A DNA stretch of 64,000 nt, taken from the NCBI GenBank assembly GCA_951406725.2, contig OX597835.1, forward strand, positions 10,540,001-10,604,000, given 5' to 3'. The notes under the pieces are model-generated. The model saw only the letters and a list, made by a program, of their open reading frames with translations. It was not told where the DNA came from and did not search any database. The first letter of the stretch is position 1. Every line of letters starts with the position of its first letter. This DNA is from Octopus vulgaris (lineage: Eukaryota). Of this stretch, positions 13,201 to 27,048 are shown piece by piece. A program made the position numbers and the translations under genes.

Positions 13201-14953
13201 TTTCATTAAATAAGCAATTCACAAAATGGATTTGTTAAATAAACAATCCAAGAGGTCATTTCGTTAATTAAATGACTGAAAGATGTCTAAATCAGATGAA
13301 GATGCCGACGATCGCTCGGTTCAAAGTCTCTCTTGACCAGAAATGGCCTGAACTCTTTGTATGACCACCCTCCCTGCACATAACTCCCTGTCCCCCTACA
13401 TGGCCTTGCTTTTGCTTTTTGAGCCAATAAAAATTGAATTGAATTGAATTGAAAAATCACTTTTGCTAATGAGTTATAGTTTTGAACAATTAATTAAGGG
13501 CTTTAACAAGGATTAAACTTAATATATCTATTACCACCAATGACTAACAAAGTCTCAAAGTGGCCACCCAGCCTGTTAAAAATCAGAGCTAAATCTCCAT
13601 TAGATCAGGTTGTTCTCTCTTAAATGAAGAACTCACTGGATGATGTAGTCCTTGATACATTATGCCTCAAAAATTAAAAAAAGTTAGGATGATTACAGCC
13701 GGAATATCTACAATTGAATGGGGCTTTAAAATGGAGGTAAACAACAATTTTGATGGAAGAAAATACAACTCTTTATTCTGATGGTGGTTCCTGAAAGATG
13801 TGAAGAACTCAGCTCCCTTTTCTTATAAACTATTTCTGAAGTTCCTTAACAATCTTTTGGAAGATAGAAATTGGAGAATATTGAATTATAGCTAACAAGC
13901 TTTCAAGTGAAGACTCTTCAAAAACATTGTTCTTTGTCACAGCTCTGTCTGTCTGTCTGTCTGTCCTTCTTTATCTCTGTCTCTCCCTTTCTCTCCATTT
14001 TTGGTAAAATTGAAGAATACAAGAATACAAGCTGATCTTTTCAAGTATTGCATGTTACTTATCAAATATTCAGTGTATTAAAAAAGCAAACAAACAGAAA
14101 AATAATAATCTTCGCAGCGAAGCATGTATTTCTCTGCTGATCCTAATAAATTTTGACAGTTCCATTCTAGTTTTATTAAATTTTAAATTCTATTTCCCTC
14201 TAACTTCATAAATGGATTAACACAATGCCTGTAGCTTGGATAGGAATACATGCCTCTGATTCTGTTTTTCTTGAGTGTTGTTTGAAATACGTATTTTATG
14301 AGTTTTTTTTTTGTTTGTTTTTGTTTTTCAAGCTTCCATCTTTCGAAACTAGTTACCACAAGAGAAATGGCATATGTATGAAATACTATTAAGATTTTCG
14401 TAAATCTTTAATTTTATATTATTTTTATATTTCAATCTTTTAAAAAAAACAACAACAAAAAGACAAAAACACACAGTGCCATAAATACGTGAGAAATGTC
14501 ACTGAAACCTTTCTTCCGTAATACTATTTAAAAATCATTACATAATTTATCACATTTTTTTGACTTTCATCTTCTGGAACGAATTACTTCAGGAACCATA
14601 ACACAGGCATGAATGAAAATCATTGACACCTTTTCTACATGAAGCTCTTTCAATGCCTTAATCATTAATTTTTTCTTTTTATCCATATTTTTTTGATAAA
14701 AAACTGCGAGAACAGTAGCATGAAATATATTTGAGAGCTACTATTATTCTCCTCTAATACTCTTTGAAATATTTCATTATTTTCCTGTCATTATATTTTC
14801 TTGTTTTTAATTCTTATTTTTTGATTTTATTTTTCTCACTGATTCAATCTTTATCAAATTCTACCTGGAATTGAAATATTGTCTTTTTTTCTTTTCCAAT
14901 TTTTTTTTATTAAAAAAATAATTGTTTTCAAATACATTTCTATGAGAAATAAG

Positions 14954-15003
<50 letters not shown>

Positions 15004-15076
15004 GTACATATATACACACATACATACACGCACAAACTCACTCATTCACATATACACACTAAATTATATATGCATT

Positions 15077-15127
<51 letters not shown>

Positions 15128-15558
15128 CATACACATTAACAGCAACAACAGATTAAATAATCCTGAATAGTTTTTCTTTGAACTGTGTCTTCATTTAATC
15201 TTTAATCAATTTAAATTTAGAAATTCTCTCCCTTTCCTTCATAAGCAAGAATTTTTATTAACACCAATGATTTTCCATCTCGCTACGAGGGAATTTCAAT
15301 GGATTAAGTATTCTTTTTGACTCATTACATTACGTTAGCCTGCACTTAACTATGTGTTCTTCATGCAGAAGAAAAACCGGGGAAATTTTCCCATTTCCTT
15401 TTTTTTTCAATTTTTTTTGGGGGTTTGCTTTTGTGCTTTTGTTTTCAAGCGTCTCATTGATTGAAGGTTTTAAATTTTATCTTACTTTTGTTAAAATATG
15501 CTTATGTGTATGAGTGTAAAAGTTAGAAAGAGAGTATGTTTAAATTATTGCAGTGTAT

Positions 15559-16040
15559 GCTGGTTTTTGTGTGTGTGTATATATGAAAGTGTGTATAAAT
15601 CTATATGCTGGTGTTTGTGTGTGTGTATATATGAAAGTGTGTATAAATCTATATGCTGGTGTTTGTGTGTGTGTATATATGAAAGTGTGTATAAATCTAT
15701 ATGCTGGTGTTTGTGTGTGTGTATATATGAAAGTGTGTATAAATCTATATGCTGGTGTTTGTGTGTGTGTATATATGAAAGTGTGTATAAATCTATATGC
15801 TGGTGTTTGTGTGTGTGTATATATGAAAGTGTGTATAAATCTATATGCTGGTGTTTGTGTGTGTGTATATATGAAAGTGTGTATAAATCTATATGCTGGT
15901 GTTTGTGTGTGTGTATATATGAAAGTGTGTATAAATCTATATGCTGGTGTTTGTGTGTGTGTATATATGAAAGTGTGTATAAATCTATATGCTGGTGTTT
16001 GTGTGTGTGTATATATGAAAGTGTGTATAAATCTATATGC
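15559..16040. repeat. 48-bp minisatellite, ~10 near-identical copies
   Basis: gctggtgtttgtgtgtgtgtatatatgaaagtgtgtataaatctatat repeated. Confidence 0.95.
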
Positions 16041-16687
16041 TACTGTGCGTTTGTGTTTGTGTGCGTGTGTGTGTGTGCATTTTCATGTTTGAAGAAGAAA
16101 TTCTAAATATAAATGTTCCAAACTTTACTCAGGTGATGTTTATATCTTTATTTTCTACGACTTGCATAACACATGCACTCACGTTTACACACACCTACAT
16201 GTACGTACACACTCCATTTCTCACTTACACATGTACTCCCTTTCACACAAACACATTCACTCTTTTTCACTTATACATATTCTCCCTTTACACACACACA
16301 CACACACACACACACTCATGTATACATGCACTACTTTCACATATGTATTCACTTCTTCCCTTTCACAGACACATGAATGCTTGCATTCCCTTTCACAGAT
16401 ATATACTCACACACTATCTTGCACAGAATTTTACAGATTCAGTTGCATTCACGCACACATTTCCATAGAAATATGCAGACTCAGTTGCATTCACACACAT
16501 ATATGTAATATATACAATCTTTTTGTTATCTTTTTTCATTTCACATCTCTTTTTGCTGTCACCAATTTTATCTCATATTCTATTCTTCATTTTTTGATTT
16601 CACATTTTATTGTTGTCATCTGATTTTGATCTGTTTTTGTCATCGGTTTTTACATTTCACCACATTTCCATCTTTCTCTTTCTTTTA

Positions 16688-17211
16688 CGTGGGTAAGTCA
16701 GAAAGTAATGCCATTTTGTTTTGGAAAGGTATAATTACCAACACAGGAACATGTATCATACATCAAAACGAAGCTGGTCCTCTGTGGATCACATCCCTAC
16801 TTCTCAACATAGTCATTGTTTCTCTCAATAGCACTGTTCCACCTTCGAATGAGAGCATGTATCCCTGCCCCGTAAAATTCTGTTGACTGTTCTTTGAGCC
16901 ATTTCTTCACGACAGTTTTTCCTTCCTCGTCACTGGACTATCATCTCTTCAGCCCCATGAAAGGGGGTTTGAGAGGCAAACATTATTCCAGTGAAGAAGT
17001 GGCTTAAAGAACAGTCAACAGTTTTACGGGGCAGGGATACATGCTCTCATTCGAAGGTGGAACATTGCTATTGAGAGAAATGGTGACTATGTTGAGAAGT
17101 AGGGATGTAATCCACAGAGGACCAGCTTCATTTTGATTTATGATACATATTCCTGTGTTGGTAATTATACCTGTCCTAAACAAAATGGCTTTACTTTCTG
17201 ACTCACCCTCG
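16688..17211. mobile_element. Mariner-derived palindromic MITE made of two 3' ends
   Basis: TA|cgtgggtaagtcagaaagtaa...ttactttctgactcaccctcg|TA; ~220-bp arms encoding GIHALIRRWNIAIERNGDYVEK* (mariner transposase C-terminus). Confidence 0.85.
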
Positions 17212-17351
17212 TATTTTACAATCTTTTGTTGTTCCATTCTTTCACATTTCTGGTAATCTCTTTTGCTTCATGTTTGCCATTCATCGTCTCCTATCATTTC
17301 ATATTCATTTACCGTTAGTTCCTTCATGTTGTGTTTGCTTGTTCTTTACAG

Positions 17352-17396
17352 AAAGAAGTAAAAGATAAAGAAAAATTCGAAAGACGAATATACGAG
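17352..17396 (+). CDS. INPP5F: INPP5F-like exon, 45 nt, KEVKDKEKFERRIYE
   Basis: ttctttacag acceptor, GAG|gtaagc donor, phase 0-0; continues into ELLKLF of next exon. Confidence 0.85.
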
Positions 17397-18382
17397 GTAA
17401 GCTGCATTCTTTACATCTCTAAAGTGTTTCCATCAACCGAAGTTGTGTCAACTAATCCTTTCTGGATAGTCACAAAGAACCGTAATGCCTGCATTTAATT
17501 CTGGTTTCCAAAGGGTTCAACAGATAAGTAAGAAGTATTTCTATAGATCTTGAGGAGACCTCTTGAGTCAAGTACATCAATACCAACCTCAAAATAAAAA
17601 TTAAATGGAAATTGTATTTAAGACACCTGTACTGGTGACACGTAAAAAGCACCGTCCGAATGTGGCAGATGCCAGCACTGCCTAACTGGCATCCGTATCG
17701 GTGACACGTAAAAGCACCAACCGATTGTGGCCATTTGCCACGTAAAAAAACACCCACTACACCCATGGAGTGGTTGGCATTAGGAAGGGCATCCAGCTGT
17801 AGAAACACTGCCAAACCAGACTGGAGCCTGGTGCAGCCTCCATGGCTTACCAGACCCTGGTTGAACCGCCCTGGTTGAACCATGCTAGCACGGACGTTAA
17901 ATGATGATGATAATGATGATGATGATGCTGGATTATCACAGGTCGCTTCATGAAAGGCAAGAATTGAACTCATCCTTATTAATGTTCCTACCAGACAATA
18001 GTAAAACCATGTTTAGGGCATTGGGGAGGAAATACTTGATAAAAACTGGAATAACTTAGATTTGTATAAAAATGGAGAATTCTAACTACGGAAGCTTGAC
18101 TAATAGCAGAATATAAGCCCAAAGCCGATACACAGATTAAATAAGGTGTTGTTAATGTGTGTGTGTGACTTTTTATCTTCATGCCATGCAATAGTTGTGA
18201 ACAAACTTCCTCCTCATAGAAGCAGTGTGATTTGCTTCCAATCTTCCATGTAAATATTGTCGAACTGTCATAGAGTTTGGGTCTGAAAAACTGAGGAAAA
18301 CATTTCTTTGTGTTGAAATAGGCAAAGGTTGGTAAAAGGAAAGGCATCCAACCATATAAGAATCTGCTTAAGCGTTTCATCC

Positions 18383-18501
18383 AATAGAATAAGTACTGGG
18401 CTTACAAAGAATAAGTCCCGGGGTCGATTTGCTTGACTAAAGGCGGTGCTCCAGCATGGCCGCAGTCAAAATGACTGAAACAAGTAAAAAAGTAAAGAGT
18501 A
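18383..18501 (+). mobile_element. 3' fragment of tRNA-derived SINE family 1
   Basis: Matches the 3' end of the full copies (gaataagtactgggcttacaaag...gactgaaacaagtaaaa). Confidence 0.85.
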
Positions 18502-18542
18502 TAGAAAACTGGATATTAAAGTGATGATGATAATGATGAGAC

Positions 18543-18591
<49 letters not shown>

Positions 18592-18669
18592 AATAAAAAG
18601 TAAAAAGCAACAACGAAAAATCTGTTATTTTTGGTAAATTTTATGTTTTTTTTTCTTCTTTTTTAATAG

Positions 18670-18849
18670 GAATTGCTGAAGTTATTCAACGAGTCCAATT
18701 CCTTCTACTACAGCCTCACATTCGATCTGACTAACAGCATTCAAAGACAATACACCAATGACAAACCAGCAGACGAACCTCTGTGGAAACAGGCAGACGA
18801 ACGTTTCTTTTGGAATCAGTATTTACTCAAAGAATTGCTGGAATCTAAT
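18670..18849 (+). CDS. INPP5F: INPP5F-like exon, 180 nt, ELLKLFNESNSFYYSLTFDLTNSIQRQ...DERFFWNQYLLKELLESN
   Basis: Polypyrimidine tract + tag acceptor, gtaagt donor; SAC motifs FYYSxTxDLT and RFFWN. Confidence 0.95.
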
Positions 18850-19054
18850 GTAAGTCCAATTCTCTCCTGATTCTTATGTTTTGGCTTCTTTATATTTCTT
18901 TCTCTCTCTTCAGATGTTTCAAAACTCTGTGATTTTTGGGTGAATCCTACAGTATGTCGCCTTGGAGAAGTGCTTTCTACCGTAGACCTAGGCTGACTAA
19001 AGCCTTCTCAGTGAATTTGGTAGACAGAATCTATGTGGAAGCCTGTCATGTGTT

Positions 19055-19103
<49 letters not shown>

Positions 19104-19107
<4 letters not shown>

Positions 19108-19400
19108 TCTTTTACTCTTTTACTTGTTTCAGTCATTTGACTGCAGCCATGCTGGAGCACCACCTTTAGTCGAGCAAATCGATCCCGGGACTTATTCTTT
19201 GTAAGCCCAGTACTCTATCGGTCTCTTTTGCCGAACCGCTAAGTGACGGGGACGTAAACACACCAGCATCGGTTGTCGAGCAATGCTAGGGGGACAAGCA
19301 CAGACACACAAACACACGCACATACATATATATATATACATATATACGACGGGCTTCTTTCAGTTTCCGTCTACCAAATCCACTCACAAGGCATTGGTCG
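19104..19400 (-). mobile_element. SINE family 1, 5'-truncated
   Basis: Reverse complement of the family 3' half. Confidence 0.85.
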
Positions 19401-20403
19401 GTGGAATTTGAACTCAGAACGCAGCGGTGGACGAAATACCGCTAAGCATTTCACCCGGCGTGCTAACGTTTCTGCCATATTGAAACTGGTCACGCTGGAT
19501 AGTCTTATCCAAGATACACTCTGCATGATGTTAAATTGTATTGGTCATAGTTGGAGCGCCTTTGATTATAGGTCTTCTACATCAGATACAGTTTGTAATC
19601 GTTGTTTAATCCAATGTTACCTTTGAACAGTCACATGATCAAAGGTATCCCAGCCATGACTATCCCTTCTCTTTTCCCCTGTTCATTATCATGTTTTGAA
19701 AAGACATTTGGATGAGGTTTTCATGAGATTTGTCTGCTATTTCTGAAGGTCAGTCAACAATAAGAAGAAGCAGACTCTATATACAGAGCTACAGTTATAC
19801 AGTCGGCACCACCACCACCACCACCACCACCACCACCGCCGCCGCCGCTGCCGCCACCACCACCACCACCACCATCATCATCATCTAGTGTCTGCATTTC
19901 TATGCTTGCATGGGGCCGTATGGAGATTATTTGAAGCAGATTTTCTATGAATGGATGTCCATCCTGTCACCAACCCTTTCCGCTTTTTCCATGCAAAGTA
20001 ACATTTCCACATGGCCACATCTAATTTTGTTGCGAATTATTGACAACGAACGGTACTGCTTGTACAACAGTGGCACTCCTTTACGACTATCATGCAAGCA
20101 CACGCACACACACATGTACACTGGGCTTCTTTCAGTTTCGATCTACCAAATCCACCCTGGAGGCATTGGTCAGCCCAGAGCTATTGTAGAAGACACTTGC
20201 CCAAGGTGTCACGCTGTGGGACCGAACCCGGAACCATGTGCTTGGGATCAAACTCGTTTTTACCCCTCTCGCTGCTATGCTGATGACAATGTATATTAAA
20301 ATGAAACTCGACCCAGGTATCATAATGTGGTGATATCAGGTAGTTTTGATCAGGTTTATGTCGGATATGGTTCTGACAAAATTCTTTCTACCTCAGGAAC
20401 TAA

Positions 20404-21298
<895 letters not shown>

Positions 21299-22553
21299 AA
21301 CACCCAAGAAGAAAGAAAATTACAAAATTTTATCGCTGCTGGGACGGAAATTAGACCCAGTTTAATCCGAAGACCCAATCTTCAATGATATGATAGTGTT
21401 AACAAATACAAACCTTGTGTGTGTGTGTGTTTGTGTGTTTTAAGAAAGTTTCATCGTTAAGTTTTATCGTTCACGATTCATATATTTGTAAATAAATCGT
21501 CTTGTATAAAAATATGAAAAAAAAGAAGAAAAAAATGTACCGCATCAAGGGAAACAATTCTCATATTCTTGAAACTTGAATTGAGAGTTGCTTCCCTTGT
21601 ATCACTCCGGCTGCTCATTATTTTAGGCGCGGACCAGAGTAAACCGATTGACTTTGTTTGAAGTTTCGAAAGTTACGGATATTTTCTTTTCCTGTGGTGA
21701 TTTAACGGAAAACAACGGAGTAGCACCCCTACACCTCATTTGCATCTATCGAAATTTTTTTAGTTCGCACCTTGTGGTGCGAACTAACTGCAATAATTGC
21801 AGTTATATTTTTTATTGTAATAAAAATATTCGTTTGGTGAAGGAAACGGAGGCTTCGCGTCCCTGAATTGACGCATTAGTCAATTAGGGGACATGGTTTG
21901 TATGGTCACAAATAGCAGCTAGAAATAGCAGCTAAATCTACCACAAATCATATTTAACTGACTTTGGAAATGGAGCTACACATTAGATAATGTAACCTGA
22001 GGTATACTGTGCCTTAAAAAAGAAAGTAAAAAAGATGGGATGGTTATGGTTGGAATGTCTTTGATAATAAACCTGCTGCTCAGTATGGTCTAACTTGGGG
22101 CACAGTAAAGATACTCTGGTGAAACTAATCAGTGATGGGATCAGAAGAATGGACCTTCGTTGCAACTTTAGGATTCTCTTCTCCATTTATTAAAATCCAA
22201 AAGAATTCCTCTCAACACATGGCTAAGATGCTCCCCCCTACTACTCCTGCTCGTGATCAGAGATGCACATATTGTCAGCCAATAAGGGACATGCTCAACT
22301 GGTCAAGCAATTGACAAGGAAATTTGTGGTTATTGAGCAGAATATTTGCTATAACGATATTTCTGCTTCAGCATCTCAGTACTGAATCTGTCTGAAGTGT
22401 AATGGAAAATAGGTCAGTTTCAAAACATGGATGTCCAAAGTCACAAAAGCAAAGTTTGAAGGGAATAGTTGGCATTTCCTTTGATTTCTAGACAGAAGCA
22501 AATAGGAAATAACTCTCACTGACCAAAGATGACACAAAAAAAAAATTTTTACT

Positions 22554-22915
22554 CAGGCGTGGGAGTGGCTGTGTGGTAAGTAGCTTGCTTACCAACCACA
22601 TGGTTCCGGGTTCAGTCCCTCTGCGTTGCACCTTGGGCAAGTGTCTTCTACTATAGCCTCGGGTTGACCAAAGCCTTGTGAGTGGATTTTGCAGACGGAA
22701 ACTGAAAGAATCCTGTCGTATATATGTATATATGTAAGTGTGTGTATATGTTTGACAACCGATGCTGGTGTGTTTACGTCCCCGTAACTTAGCGGTTTGG
22801 CAAAAGAGACCAATAGAATAAGTACCAGGCTTCCAAAGAATAAGTCCTGGGGTCGATCTGCTCGACTAAAGGTGGTGCTCCAGCATGGCCACAGTCAAAT
22901 GACTGAAACAAAAGG
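22554..22915 (+). mobile_element. SINE family 1
   Basis: tRNA-like head tggctgtgtggtaag...ggttcagtccc, CORE-like ccttgggcaagt, family tail. Confidence 0.85.
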
Positions 22916-23110
22916 GTAAAGTGTTATTAAAAATGCATTCTGGCTACAACCATCCTCATCTTCTGTTGGTAATTCTATCTTAGGACAGCATTATCTAAGT
23001 TGTCCTTCCCATTTCATGATGGCAGGCTGTAATTTTAGTTAGATTTGGTTGTTACTTCTAGCAACTGTCTTGGTTACTTGGTGCTTTATTTTGTAATTCA
23101 TTTGTTGCAG

Positions 23111-23303
23111 GATGAAGCGGCGAAGCACTGGATTGTACCAATTATTCAAGGATTTATACAGAATGAACTTTGTCTCATGGAGTTTGACATAAACAAAAGT
23201 TTGACTCCAACTGGCACTGTCATGTTTGACTCCGCAAGATTCCAGAAAGATCCCCTCAAATATTGGCTTACCATTATTTCAAGACGCAGTCGTCACAGAG
23301 CTG
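23111..23303 (+). CDS. INPP5F: INPP5F-like exon, 193 nt, DEAAKHWIVPIIQGF...IISRRSRHRA(G)
   Basis: ttgttgcag acceptor, G|gtaaga donor, phase 0-1; SAC motifs PIIQGF and ISRRS..RAG. Confidence 0.95.
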
Positions 23304-23800
23304 GTAAGAACTGCTCGTTTTTTAAATTTAATTTTATTTTATACTTTTATAATTTATAATTTTATTTTATACTAATCAAAATCGAAATCGTTCAACATCA
23401 ATTGAAATTGTAGCTGTGAAATTGTAGCTGTGAAATGCCGGTGGCATGTAAGAGAACCATCCGAATGTGGCTGTTGCCAATGCCACTCCGACTGGCCCCT
23501 GTGCCGGTGGCATGTAAAAAGCACTATCCGATTATGGCCATTGCCAGCCTTGTCTGGCCCCCGTGCCGGTGATACGTAAAAGGCACCATCCGACCATGGC
23601 CGTTTGCCAGCCTCGTCTGGCACTTGTGCAGGTGGCACATAAAAAGCACCCACTACACTCACGGAGTGGTTGGCGTTAGGAAGGGCATCCAGCCGTAGAA
23701 ACACTGCCAGATCAGACTGGAGCCTGGCGCAGCCTTCTGGCTTCCCAGATCCCCGGTCGAACCGTCCAACCCATGCTAGCATGGAGAATGGACGTTAAAC

Positions 23801-23832
<32 letters not shown>

Positions 23833-24451
23833 CTTTTGTAGTTTGATGAAATATGAATTTCTGTCTCCTTGTGTGAGGTTAATGAGTGCAGTGCAATGTA
23901 GGGTCAGGTAGGGCGGGGCTTGGTTAGACAAGAGAATTCAAAGATAAGTCAGGGCAGGGCAAGAGTTGTTTGTTTTGTACTTGTCATCATCATCATCATC
24001 ATCATCATTTGTCCGTTTTCCATGCTGGCATGGGTTGGACAGTTTGACAGGAGTTGGTGGACCAAAGAACTGTCCCAGGTTTCACTGTCTGTTTTGTTAT
24101 GGCTTTTTTCCAGCTGGCTGCCCTTCCTAATGCTAACTTCCTTGCAGAGTGGACTGAGTGCTGTTCATGTGGCACCAGTGCCAGCGAGGTCTGCAGTGGC
24201 ACAATTGTTATATTTGGATGCCCTTCCAATCAGAAACCACCTGACAGTGTGAACTGGACACTTCTTACATTGCACCAGCACTGGTAGGGTCCCCAAATAA
24301 TTTGTAAGACAAAGAGCCTTTAAGAGGAGGTGGGGGAGGGCTTTGGAGGATGTGGCCTTGCATCCAATGATGAGAGATTAGAATATGACTGAGGGACAGA
24401 AGCAGGTGTCTTGCTGTAGAGAAGATACATGGTTCTCCCAGTCAGAGGTGG

Positions 24452-24489
<38 letters not shown>

Positions 24490-24698
24490 TAGAGATAGAG
24501 AGAGTATAAGTATATAATCATAAAAATATAATTATAATTAAGGGCGCTGGAGGGCCCATGCCAATACCCTAAAAGTAGATGTCAAATGTAGATATTATAT
24601 ACTTAAAAATTCATTTTACTGATTTGGTGGTTTTTGTACACTAGCCACTGATATAATCATTTTAATGATTATATCCTCAATTTATACATATGCATATG

Positions 24699-25080
24699 TG
24701 GAGGCGCAATGGCCCAGTGGTTAGGGCAGCGGACTCGCGGTCATAGGATCGCGGTTTCGATTCCCAGACCGGGCGTTGTGAGTGTTTATTGAGCGAAAAC
24801 ACCTAAAGCTCCACAAGGTTCCGGCAGGGATGGTGGTAAACCTTGCTGTACTCTTTCACCACAACTTTCTCTCACTCTTACTTCCTGTTTCTGTTGTACC
24901 TGTATTTCAAAGGGCTGGCCTTGTCACTCTCTGTGTCACGTTGAATATCCCCGAGAACTACGTTAAGGGTGCACGTGTCTGTGGAGTGCTCAGCCACTTA
25001 CACGTTCATTTCACGAGCAGGCTGTTCCGTTGATTCGGATCAACCGAAACCCTCATCGTCGTAACCGATGGAGTGCTTCC
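24699..25080 (+). mobile_element. tRNA(Arg-like)-derived SINE family 2
   Basis: A box tggcccagtgg, B box gtttcgattcc; copies at 31212-31593 (-) and 59878-60232 (-). Confidence 0.85.
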
Positions 25081-25108
25081 TAACATATGCATATATGTAT
25101 ATATATAT

Positions 25109-25676
25109 ATATATTAAGTGTATGATTAATCTATAGAATGAAGTTCTGCAAATCCAATCATATTTGTTAAAAATGGAGGAGATAAGATGTTAAAAAGTTG
25201 TAAGAAGTTTATTCATGCATACAATCGTTTTGTGCATTTATATCTATAAATTCATTTTAGAATTTGCAAATATCAAAGTACTTGTCAGTGCAGAAAAATA
25301 ATAGGAACTTTAAAAAAAGAGCAGAGAAAGTGGATCTATGAGTTTCATGTTTATCTGTTCCTATTCATGTGTGATAGTGATGGGAGTTATGATAATTGGT
25401 ATGACTTCCATCACAATGACACATGGATAGGAACAGATAGACATAAAAGTCATAGATCCAACTTCTCTGCTCTTATTTTAAGTTCCTATTATTTTTCTGC
25501 ACTGACGAGTACTTTGATATTTGCAAATTCTAAAATGAATTTATATCTATGTACGAAACGATTGTTTGCATGAATAAACTTTTTACAACTTTTTAACATC
25601 TTATCTCCTCCATTTCTGACAAATATGACTGGATTTGTAGAACTTCATTCTATAAATTAATCATACACTTAATATA
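25109..25676. mobile_element. ~570-bp foldback element; PLE-like ends in inverted orientation
   Basis: tatattaagtgtatgattaat...attaatcatacacttaatata; arms complementary up to a short loop near 25395; each arm carries a hammerhead motif. Confidence 0.85.
25498..25570 (+). ncRNA. Type I hammerhead ribozyme motif (PLE-type, minimal stem III)
   Basis: tgca-CTGACGA-GTAC...GTAC-GAAA-C-gatt-G-TT-tgca: both core boxes intact, stems I and II pair, predicted cleavage after 25566. Confidence 0.7.
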
Positions 25677-25768
25677 CTAATACTACTTACCATATCTTCG
25701 CCAATTTACACCAATCTTTTTGAAAGGACGAATCCACATTCAACCTTTTATACACATATATAATGAGC

Positions 25769-25802
<34 letters not shown>

Positions 25803-25811
25803 CTGTGTGTT

Positions 25812-25866
<55 letters not shown>

Positions 25867-25924
25867 TTGTTTATATATATATATATGTGTGTGTGTTTGT
25901 ATATATATATATATGTGTGTGTGT

Positions 25925-25964
<40 letters not shown>

Positions 25965-26000
25965 GTACATGTATATTTTGTATAAATATATGTATATTTG

Positions 26001-26033
<33 letters not shown>

Positions 26034-26087
26034 TAAGGGTTAAATGCAACAAGTTGCTCAAAACCACATACCGAAAATTCCACCCTT

Positions 26088-26135
<48 letters not shown>

Positions 26136-26289
26136 TTATCGTTTAATGTCTGCTTTCCATGCTGGCATGGGTCAGACTGTTTAACTGAGGGCTGGTGAGT
26201 CAGAGGTTGCTCCAGGCTCAATCTGATCTGGCAATGTTTCTACAGCTGGATGTCCTTCCTAACACCAACCATTCTGACAGTGTAGTGAA

Positions 26290-27048
26290 TCTGGGTTCCA
26301 CATGAGCTTACGCTTGCAAACTGAGCACAACGTTCCACCACCATCTACACCAATCTTGTGATCAAGAATAACAACCTGTCATTTCTGCAATACATTGTCA
26401 CAGGTGATGAAAAATGGGTTTTGCATCACAGTAGAAAATGAAAAAGATAATGGTTATTATGTAATGTAAAGCCAGTGCCAACACCAGAACTTCACCCACA
26501 AAAATCCTTGCTCTGTGTTTGGTGGAACAGGAAAGGTATCATCCATTATGAGCTACTGGAACATGGAAGAAACATCAATGCAGATGTCTATTGTCAACAA
26601 CTTGACTGTGTAATTGAGAAATTATGTCGAAGGTGGCCAGCTTTGGTAAAGCAGAAAGGTGTTATTCTCCAGCATGACAAGACATGGTCACACTCTTCAA
26701 AACAAACCCAAGAAAAAATAAGATCATTTGGATGGGAAGTTCTTCCACATCCTCCACAACTCACCTGACTTAGCACCTATGAATTGCCATCTGTTCTGAT
26801 TACTGAAACATTTTACAAAAGACAAAGCATTCAGAAACAGAGGAAGTTGAAAACGGGTTTTCAGACTTTTTCTCAGGCAAAGAAATAGGTTTCTTTGAAT
26901 GTGGCATAGAAAAGTTATTTTCCTGTTGGGCTGCAGTCATGGGAAACGATGGTGATTACATTCTTGATTAAAACTATTCAGATCTATGTAGTTTACATTC
27001 GTTTTGATATCCTTTCTGGTAAAATGCAATTACTTACCAAACACCCTC
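26290..27048 (+). pseudogene. Mariner transposase relic (DD34D catalytic region)
   Basis: WVPHEL, IVTGDEKW, LCVWW..KGIIHYELL, ILQHD, WEVLPHPP with stops and frameshifts. Confidence 0.92.

Noticed and set aside
24699-24775. tRNA gene
   Set aside because: Head of a multicopy SINE, continuous with a ~300-bp body and lacking a clean acceptor stem.
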